Assembly: GCA_964035545.1 (NCBI GenBank) | Contig: OZ037771.1 | Span: 4,723,628 to 4,787,627, forward strand | Source of the DNA: Bugula neritina | Lineage: Eukaryota; Animalia; Bryozoa | DNA: 64,000 nt | Direction of reading: 5' to 3' | Shown: positions 46,901 to 64,000 of the stretch, piece by piece | Layout of the letters: each line of letters begins with the position of its first letter | How positions within the stretch are numbered: position 1 is the first letter of the stretch | Made by a program: the position numbers and the translations under genes | Notes under the pieces: generated by a model | Seen by the model: the letters and a program-made list of their open reading frames with translations, nothing else | Databases searched by the model: none | Told to the model about the DNA's origin: nothing

Positions 46901-49900
46901 TTTAGGAGTTTAACAAGTTTGAAATACCAGTGTGGTCGGTGCATGATAAAATTCATGGCTATGTGTTTACTTTATAATAGATTTCTCATAAAATTACAAT
47001 TTCTTAAGACAGGCTCTCCAGTTATTGATCAGATTGTCACAATATAGAATCCTAATTTGTAGCTTAAAGTTTTACTTTTACTCATAACAGTAATTCACTG
47101 CAACTACTAATTCAAGTCAACTTTGAATACAAGTTCAATCTTTGTTTATGTGATACATGCACTAATACTTGTCTTAACTGATAATTAATTAACTTTGTCT
47201 ATGGCAGTTATCTTTTGTTGTCATTTTTATTATAAACTTTAATATTTTTAGTAGACCTACAATGTCATTTCCTAGAGTTAAACTCACCCTAGCTAGCCAC
47301 TAAAAGAAGGCAACTCACCTCGTAACTCACCTCGTAAAAATTAGAACACTCTGCTAACACCTACAGGCGCAAAATTATGAGTGCCTCTTATGTTGTTTTT
47401 GTTTGGGTTTACCATGTGTTGAAATGTATCTGTTCTAGCATGTAGCTAAGTTTGGATATTTTAATTATAATGTAAAGGGGTTTTAGCACATAGCTAAGCT
47501 GAGTTTGTGTTATGAGGTGGTATCCTCAAATCTCTGATGCTTCGAGGGAGAAAACTGTTGTGAAAGGTCTGTGAGGATGCAGAAATTGATGTTGGTTCTC
47601 CTCTCTTAGCAGATCGAGTGTTTATTGACCGATTTGAATTTAATAGTTCGTCATAAGCAGATGAAAGCGTTTCATGGCGCTCTTCATCTGAGAGTATTCT
47701 CATTAACAAAGTTATTCTATGGTCTCTTCGTCGGCTCGCAAGAGTTTTAAGCTGCAATTCAGTTCGAGCGTCACTGATACCACATCTTCCTTTGAGGTTA
47801 GCAATAAACCTGATAGCTTGATTTTGAACATGTTCAATTTCCTCACAGGCACTTTTGTTAGTCGAATCCCACAACGTGTCTGCATACTCAAGGATTAGTC
47901 TACATAGACTGAGGTATGCAATTAATTTTGCCTTCATGGGTGCATTGTAGATTGTATGCTTGATACAGCCAAGTATTTTGCTTGCATTGTTGACTTTAGA
48001 TGTAATATGTCTGTCAAGCTTTAGGTTAGACTGCATGATTACTCCAAGATATTTGGCCTCTTTAACGGTTCTAAGAGTGGTGTCACTAAGTGAATATAGA
48101 TGGGAGGTGTCATCATTTTTACCAAATATAATCACTTCGCACTTATCGGTATTAAACGGCATTTTCCATTAAAGTGACCAGTTATAAAGTGAGTTTAGGT
48201 CTCTCTGAAAAACTTCCTGTTGTATTTTGTTGTTAACTTCAGCATATAGAAGTGTGTCGTCAGCATATAGACTAACTTTGCATGAGACAGATTGAGGGTG
48301 ATTAATCTAAAACCCGCATATATGTTTGAATACTTTACAATGTCATAAATAATTTTTGTTTGTTTTGTTTTAAAAACCCATCATAATTGTATATATTAAC
48401 CTACTTTTATAGTTTCTTACGGCAGTTGGAATAAGTAAAAATAAAGTTACGAAAACCAACACCAGTACAACTCATCTATAGTTAGTGGCGACGCTACATA
48501 TACTACTTACCACAACTGTACTAATATGAAATAATATACTTATTATACTTAATTACCACAACTTTACTAATGCGAAATAATATAAAGTATTTACTACAAT
48601 TGTATTAGTGAAGAATGTTTAAGCATCATTGCAGTTATGTTCATGTAGTTGTTCTCCCAACTCTATATCAGGGATAATAACTATATACAATACTTATACT
48701 TCAACCATATTAGTACGAAATAATATTTAATACTTACCACAACTGTACCAGTAAGGAATAAAATACAAGGCTTACCACAACTGTACCTGTCTGGAATGAT
48801 GTGTTTTTAAGTAGAATTGTCATCACAGATACTGTAAGACTAGCTGTAGCACTTCCAGCTAGAATTCTGATAGTTATACACAGTGGAAGAAACATCTGGT
48901 TTGGTGCATACGTTGCAGCACTGAAAAAAAGTTATTTGTTTATTGCCTTTGCAATAATTATTAAATTATAATTTAGTAGTTTGCATGTTGGTCTTTCTGT
49001 TATAATGGAAATAAACTTCAAAAAATGCGTAAATCAAAGGACATAAATATATAAGCAGAAGAAAGACTTGCTTCATAACATTTTATGTTTATATTAATTC
49101 ATCTCATTCTGAAAATTAAGTTGCTTCACTGAAAGTTTTTCCAAAATAAAAACACTGTCAAAACTATGACCTTATGATCACTTGACATGGCTGACCGTAT
49201 GAGACATTAGATATGCAATTAAAAATGCTAATGAAGTATTAATTAAATAATTATTGTTGACTAACAACTATAACTTTTCTGGGTAAAATACGTTATTTCA
49301 CTGTGATTACTTCAATGAACTTCAAAACTAAATATAAGGTATAGTATTATTATTATAGTTGTTTACCCAAAAGATATGCATGAGACTGTCGACAATGCTG
49401 TACCTGCTATGCATGCTGTTCTTGGGCTTATCCAATAAAACTGAAAAATGGATCAGAAAATTTTTATCTCAGTGCACCATAAAAAATATAAAAAGCAGTT
49501 TTACAATACACAAGCTTTCGCATCACATTATGACTGTCAGGCTACCACTAATCAATTGGTTTATATAGAGCAACATGTACATCTGAGTTGATATTAAATT
49601 GGCAAAGTCTTGGCAGCTTTATCTATATATTCATTTCTTAATCAAAAGAGTAAACTTATTGGAATTATGAATTAATCGTGTAGTGCAATATTTGAATTTT
49701 TAGTACAAAAGCATAGATTTATGACAAAGTTTAATCCTCTTGTTAAACTCTGCATGGGTTCAACAATAGTAAATGTATGCACATGTATGCAACATAACAC
49801 AAACAAAATGCTTCTCATAGCATTGCAATAGTTTGTCCTTATATGATTTCAAAACTCGTCTTATATTTCAAATTACTGTCAAGTTAAAATAGGGTGACAC

Positions 49901-50223
49901 CAGCAACTACTGTATGTAAACATGATTATTACCAGATATCCCAAGACTGGTGCGGTCACAAATCTAGCAAACTCAAATGAACTGAAAACAATTCCAATCT
50001 CCACATGAGATAATCCTTTGCTCTTTGCTTCTTGAGGAAAGAAAGGGAACAAGAAAGTGTCAGTGCACAACGCCACAAACTGAGAGAATAGCAGAACACC
50101 TAATAGCAGGTACTCTCTACACTTGGTCAGGCTATGATCAGTTCTCTTCCCTAATAGTCTTTCAGTGTCAGTGTCTTCTTCCTCTAGCAGACGCTTGATT
50201 TCGTGTTCTTCTGACTCGAGCAT
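40906..50223 (-). CDS. SLC18B1-like MFS transporter, copy E (11 exons, 452 aa)
   Basis: Exons 50223-49933, 49440-49367, 48920-48776, 46166-46098, 45501-45414, 44211-44072, 43247-43152, 42726-42623, 42247-42152, 41757-41586, 40989-40906. Open frame. Confidence 0.9.
44897..45353. mobile_element. MITE family M3 with TTA TSD, intron 5 of copy E
   Basis: TIRs AGTTGCCTTTATACCT...AGGTATAAACGCAACT; second copy at 56202-56609 in a different intron. Confidence 0.8.
46402..48498 (-). mobile_element. Probable solo LTR (TGTA...TACA, 5-bp TSD TATAC) with a nested LINE, intron 3 of copy E
   Basis: TATAC at 46397-46401 and 48499-48503. On the - strand TATATA then AATAAA precede the terminal ACA. Absent from other copies. 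Confidence 0.68.
47281..48300 (-). mobile_element. 5'-truncated CR1/L2-type LINE (RT C-terminal part and 3' UTR)
   Basis: SLYADDTLLY...FQRDLNSLYNWSL*WK continues into ORF 48162-47494 (FNTDKC, KYLGV, LEYA..LWD, IEHVQNQAIRFI, NSFLPRSIRD). Short tandem repeats (ACGAGGTGAGTT)2 lie near the 3' end. Confidence 0.88.
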
Positions 50224-51724
50224 ATTAACAAGACTGACACAGCAACTAGTGATAGTAATAACCTACATACCGAGCTGCTTGACTGCTTTAAGGAGTGTGC
50301 AAGCAGCCATGAAATTCTTTTCACTCACTAATCATAGAAATTAATGTCAACTATTCATTATATTTTTGAGACTATGTGCATAATCAAAGGGTATATATAG
50401 CATAGACCTTTTGTGGTTAGCTAGCTAAGATATATTATAATATAGGCTTCTATATGATTTATTGACAACAAAAGACATTTGATTTCGTATTCTTTTGACT
50501 CGAGCATTTTGAAAAGACTGACACAGAAGCTAGTAAGAGTAATAACCTACATACCAAACTTTAATGCTAATAGAATTTAAATTATGCAAGTATGTTAATC
50601 TGTATTGATGACATTAAATCTTCATATGTCAGTACAGACTGCTAAGTTTAAATTGTTTTTACACCACAAAGAGGCTTGTTTCTTGAGATTCTCTCACTCA
50701 TTGCTGCCCTATTCTCTTTTTCTTTTTGACTTCTGAAAACAATTATGATACCAAGGCTACCCTTCTCATACACATATATCAAAAAGCCTAATATCTTACT
50801 ATGACAGTTCTGACAGTTGTGGCTTTATTAAAACTGAGAATACTGGACTATAATGACTGTAAAATAGTCAACTAGAAAATTTTTTACTAGCAGTGTGTGC
50901 CACATCCATTATATCTCATGATATAGTTGGTATTGTGTCTGGTATTATACATATACATAAGTTGAAAGGTTTGTTAGTCTTAGCCACATGTCTTACTGAG
51001 TTGGTGCGATCACTTGCACAGATGTCAGTTATTGTCATGTCACTTAAACTCTGCACACCTGACTCTCACCTGCCAAGTACTAACTCTAGTGTGTCTAAGC
51101 TGTATAGCCAATATTGCACTGTGGGTTATTTCATTGTTCAATGTTATTTTATCACAAGTTTTAGTACTCAATAAATTCAAGATAGTATTAATTCCTAGCA
51201 TATCAAAGAAGTTGTCTTCTTTTCTTTGGCAATATTCTATCAGCTCTTATCAGCCTGTTTCATAGTATTTTAGTATAACACATTTATTAACATAATTTGT
51301 TACAATTAATTATATAACAGTGCAAATATGAAAATGAATAATATAATACTCATTATATTTAAACAATGAAACTTTTCAATGTCTAACGATTCTGACTTAA
51401 ATTAAATTAGCTAAAATTGTTTTAGATATGGTCCAAAGGAAAGAGCATGGATGTTATGATTTCATAATATGTTTTATAATTTATAGATTATACACCAGTT
51501 TATTATATTTTTTTATACACAAAAGGTTTATAAAAAAAGAGAAACAAGAGAAAGATCCCACAGCTATCTTATAGTCATTACTCATAGACTAACACATTTC
51601 TATACCTATTTGACTAATCACCGTCTGCCAAAACCTTCTTTTGTTATTGTCTCATATTACTATTAGCGACTTTAGTTTAGTCATGTCATCACATTATATT
51701 AAATCACAGGGGTCAAGAGTCAAA

Positions 51725-59235
<7,511 letters not shown>

Positions 59236-59574
59236 ATTAACAAGACTGACACAGCAACTAGTAATAGTATCAACCTACATACTGAGCCGCTTGATTGCCT
59301 TAAGGAGTGTGCAAGCAGCCATGAAATTCTTTTTACTCACTAATCGTAGGAATTAATTCCGCCACCCGCGCAGGACCACGGCGGTTAAAAGTGACCAAAG
59401 GTGACTAATCATAGGAATTAATGTCAATGGGAGAATTATTCATTATACTTTTTTTAGACTTGGTGCATAATCAAAGGGTATGTAGCATAACGTTTCTGTG
59501 GTAAGCTAGCTAAGATGTATTATAATATATATATATATATATATTTAAATATATCTTTACGAGCTAGTAATTTG

Positions 59575-59784
59575 ATTATAAATAGGTATACGAGAAACAT
59601 TGTTATTTATTACTTTATTAGGTAAAGTAATTACACTGATATTTCGGGTACCACTGTACCCATCTTCAGAGTAGCAATGAATTGCTACTCTGAAGATGGG
59701 TACAGTGGTACCCGAAATATCAGTGTAATTACTTTACTTAATAAAGTAATAAATAACAATGTTTCTCGTATACCTATTTATAAT
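59575..59784. repeat. Near-perfect 210-bp palindrome (104-bp arms, 2-nt centre, 1 mismatch) with a hammerhead motif in each arm
   Basis: 59575-59678 is the reverse complement of 59681-59784; short (TA)n tracts nearby on both sides. Confidence 0.92.
59680..59730 (+). ncRNA. Minimal type I hammerhead motif (family 2); mirror copy at ~59629-59679 on -
   Basis: AAUUGC(u)ACU-CUGAAGA-u-GGGUAC agug GUACCC-GAAA-ua-UC^-AGU GUAAUU. 6-bp stem II, one extra U after A9, stem III reduced to palindromic AUAU, AATAAA downstream. Confidence 0.68.
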
Positions 59785-61289
59785 ATATATATATATATTA
59801 TATATCAAAAGTTAAAGTTTTTGCTGCAAATTTATAGCCATAAATTGACTGAAATATAAATAGAAATAATTTATGTCATTTTAAAAGCAAACAGTTAAAA
59901 AAAGTGATAAAAAGATTGGTATATATTGGTGAGCTGCATAAAGTTCCAAAATGTTCAAGATTTTACAACAGAAATAAGCAAATTTGCTAAAATATTTTAC
60001 AATAACAATCATCAAACTACATGAACAAGTTTCTGCAAATTTAATTAAAAAAAGAAATACAGCCGCATAAAAGCTACAGCATATACAAACAGTTTAGTTG
60101 AAATCAAAGCTATATGCATCACCAATGGGGTTAACAAATGTTCAAAATTAGGGAACCAGAATCTATCAGCTGTCAACTGTAGAATCTTCATTACATTGGA
60201 AGTCCTGTCTATGGTGTATAGAGCTATATGCAGCACAAAGGTGACCAGGGGTCAAAGGTATATTAGATTGTTCCTCTAAAGTGTAATACAATGATATAGC
60301 ACACAGCAGTGCACTAATGTTAAACTAATATCCGTTTTTAACTTTTGAAGCTTTTCAAAGGTAGCCAACAAATTATCATCGGTTCTGTTAGGAAAGTAAT
60401 TATTCCTGTTCAAAACAGATATGACCCTTGACCTATGATTCTTATCATTAATCATGCAGGTGCCGGCTACATTATAATGAATCAATTCTTAAGCTGATGT
60501 AACTGCGATGAATGAGAAATCATAAAAGGTTCTGAGCCAACAATCAGACCGGCCCAGACTTTGACATATTCATACTAGCATGAGTGCTTGAAGTCATTGT
60601 GATGTTAAGACAATGTTTTATATAATCAAACTTTTGTGATTGAAATTTTGCAACAAATTATCAACGCAGTTGGCTGCTATTTTTATTTATAGCAGCGTAT
60701 TGAACATGTTGAACCAAAATGTATTTAATTTAATTGTTTTATTATTCTTTTTTATCAACAAATAATTTTTCAAGCAAATCTTTAGATCACCGTCAAATTA
60801 AAGTTAGAGTTTGGGTTAAATTATTGATTTAAACTGACAATTTGTTATTTACTTCAAAGGGGACATACTACCCGTCAATCATTATAGAAAAGTCTACTGA
60901 TGAGGTAGTCAAACAACATATTTTGATACCAAAAATGAACTACACAAAAATATCAATAAACATCCCAAAGAATAAGATAGAAACGAAGGAGAACTTGGAA
61001 CAATTGAAAGTAAAAACAAGTTCCAACCTAAAACTGAAACATTGGTTCAGGGAGCTACTGGTGAACAAGTTTCATGACATCATACAGTAATGATTCGCAG
61101 ACCATCACATCTAAAGATGCTGGGCTCATATGATCAGAAGAATGTTAGAACTCAACCAAACATCTAGGAAACAGAAAAGTAATGACGCCAATATTTTGGT
61201 CCTTCCTCACAACTTAAAGACAGCTACTGCAATTAGGGCAATTTTATTTCAGACAGCTAAGAGCATCGTATACCCCAACAGTTTTCTGA

Positions 61290-61430
61290 AAAATGTTTTA
61301 TTTTCAGTTGAAAGAAGGAAAAGGAAGTAAGGGGAGACCTATAGACTCGCATTTAAAGATGCTGCTAAGAGAAATATGAAATGGAGATCTTGGCAACTGA
61401 TAGCTAACAATTCAGAGTTCCGTGAAGGGT
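61290..61430 (+). mobile_element. Short RTE-clade LINE 3' fragment
   Basis: QLKEGKGSKGRP.RLAFKDAAKRNMKW..WQLIA; nucleotide similarity to 4650-4715. Confidence 0.55.
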
Positions 61431-63481
61431 TCTAACCAGTTCACAGTTAAATTCATGAATCAGCTTAATCCCATTAATTAGCCGCGAGAGAAACTATGTA
61501 CTTGATGTACCATTCTCCTTCAGCTTACTGCAATACATTAATTATTCAGAACTGTCAAATATTATTAGTACTCAAGAAAGAACTAGCTTTAGCAAATTAA
61601 TAAAACCACAATGCTGAACTAACATTTGAAAAATATTGTATACTACATTTCTGGTGCGTCTCTTTTAGTTAATTAGTTTTGAAAAAATTAGCTATTGTTG
61701 GGGTGCTTATATGTTGACACAGTAAAAATAAAAAACTGTTTTATGGTTCAATTCTCATTTGCATTAGTCAGAAAGTACACCAATTGATATAATATGAGAT
61801 TTGAAAACAATACCTCATCAAAGACCTCGAGAAATGAAAATATTAAAACTTTAATTGTTGATTAAACTGCAAAGTTTAAAATGAAGGTCTCATTAAGTAG
61901 AGATGCTAACATCGGACAGCAGACAAAAACATGCTGGTGGAAAAATGCTAAGAAAATGCTTATGGAACAAATGCCATAAACATTGCATTAATTGGCATAT
62001 AACCTAAGTATACTGCTTCAGTTAGCGATGACGGTACTATGGCTCCAATAAGAACTGCAAATCTAGATAGTTCCACTTGCTATTTCGAACAGGATATAAT
62101 ACCTGTCAATCATTATAGAAATATCTATTAATTGATAAGGTAGTCGAACAACATATTAATAAATATTCCAAAGAATAGGATTGTGGGCCAAAATAAAGGT
62201 GAAGGAGAATTTGGAATTACTGAAAGTCAAAGCAGGTTTCAACCTGAAACTGGAAGACATTACAGCAGACCTTCGCTGTTTCAGTGAGCTACTGCAGCAA
62301 ACAAGTTTCATGACATCATACAATAAAAATCCACAGACCATCACATCCAAAGATGCTGAGCTCATCTGATCAGGAGATTGTTAGAATTTAACCCAATATC
62401 TAGGAACCGGAATAGTAATGGTGTTAATCCTGTTCCTTTCTCGTATCAAGAGTCTATATTTATCTTAAAAGCAGCTACTGCAATTGAGGCATTTGAATTA
62501 TACAATCTCAACTTACCAAACTTACAAAAAGCTTCATTAATAATGAAGCCATTGAGGTATATGATGGAGACTATAAGGAAGAAATATCCTTTCAACTTAT
62601 ACCAAAAAACTGTAAAGGAAAAGGGGAAGGCAGACCATCTGCAAGGGTAAGTGTTAACTTTTAATTCGAAAATTAACTTTTACTTTAAATGAATCAATTT
62701 CATTCACATTTAAACAATTATGAAAATTTACCGACGATCTGCAAATAAAAGAAAGCTTGATTTGAGCAGCGACAACAACATAGAAGATGACATATCATCA
62801 AAACGCTCCATGATGAATAAGGAGGCGCAACAATAAATTGAAGATAATCTGGTCATGTTCAAAAAGTGGGGTGGCAAAATGAACAAGTGTTCTTCTACAT
62901 CTGCGTTTAGCCTCATATAAATACTCGTCTCAAACAGTAAATGACATGCTGAAAAACTGATCTTTTTTTAATTAATTAGCTTTGAAAAAACTAACAAAAA
63001 AAACAGGAAATCAATCACCAATTGTTCAAACACCACCATGAAAAATTTTTACAGCATACTTCTACTCTAATTGATTAATTTTGAGAAAACTTATAATAAA
63101 TTTATGCAGCATGAAAACACGAAACTGCTTATCAAACACAATCAGTGCATTCAAATAAAAGTACAGAATGTCCGAATTGATTGACAAGAAACAGCTAACA
63201 AAATTTTAGAAAAACACCTTGAAAATGGCAGAGAAATGACTTAATACAAACAGAAAAAGTGCTGTAGCACATAAGGCACAAGGCATGTTTCCTGTATGTC
63301 TCATTCTTCTTATGCAGTTTCTAAATGATTCCTTTGATTTTTACATAAACACCAGTTGATGAAAATAACAACTAAACCATTAATCATTTTTAATCATTAT
63401 TTACATGTTTTCCCCAATAACCACTTATAAAAGCACTTTGCATTTCAATTCAATTCACAAAGCACCCCACTTTTAGGGAAT

Positions 63482-63799
63482 ATGGAGCAACATCTACGTG
63501 AAGCAGAAGAAAGAAGAAATAATAAGAAACAAGAACTGGTTGACTGTCTGCTTGAAGTGAAAAGTCTTAAAATAGAATTAAAAGAAATAATAACAAGAAT
63601 TGACCAACTTGAGAAAATAATAAGTCAAAAGCCTACTGGATACCAATGCCTTTGCAAAGAGGTAAAGGAATTGATTAAAGCCAAGCTCAAAATAAAAGGC
63701 CTTCTTCTGAATAAAGCATACAACAAGAATATACCAAAGAAAGAAGAAGAGTTTCTCTCAGCTTCTTTATTAGGTAGACTGGGAGAATATATTAAATGA
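63482..63799 (+). other. Unassigned 105-aa coiled-coil-like ORF
   Basis: Open ATG ORF, E/K/L-rich with heptad-like pattern, preceded by TTTTAG (possible acceptor); no recognisable family. Confidence 0.25.
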
Positions 63800-64000
63800 T
63801 TTCAACTTACACCACAAAAGCCTTTTTCAAGGCCACCCATTTATCACAAAAAGAAACAGATTGAATTTTGTAGCCACCTTGAGAAATGAAGATATTAAAA
63901 CTTTATTTGTTGATTAAGCTGCAAAATTTAAAATAAAGGTCTCATTAGGTGAAGATACTACTATAGGACAGCAGACAAAAACATGCTGGTGGAAAAATGC

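Larger units (their letters stand above)
60870..64000 (+). repeat. Degenerate dispersed duplications of unknown origin
   Basis: ~60870-61240 resembles ~62100-62490, and ~61825-61950 resembles ~63875-64000. Confidence 0.7.

Noticed and set aside
60897-60925. CTGATGAGGTAGTCAAAC as a hammerhead core
   Set aside because: It lacks GAAA and paired stems.

Overview
AT-rich animal (probably invertebrate) genomic DNA. The window is dominated by a tandem array of six paralogous 11-exon MFS transporter genes of the SLC18B1 (vesicular polyamine transporter) family. Three lie on + (A, 3' part only; B; C) and three on - (D, E, F), converging on a junction at ~28.6-30.0 kb. I traced all exons by eye: the five complete copies have GT-AG introns at identical positions and open reading frames of 444-453 aa. 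The introns carry a degenerate full-length Ty3/Gypsy element with an extra zinc-finger ORF, two older Gypsy remnants, a solo LTR with a nested CR1/L2-type LINE, tRNA-derived SINEs, several MITE families and many microsatellites; RTE-LINE fragments lie between and beyond the genes. The least obvious signal is five minimal type I hammerhead-ribozyme motifs of two sequence families, all next to (TA)n tracts. Four of them form head-to-head palindromes, one at the orientation switch of the array and one just upstream of copy F. The paralogs also differ mostly in predicted TM7, and a minisatellite multiplies the exon-3 splice donor. Most short ORFs in the supplied track are microsatellite or antisense artefacts.
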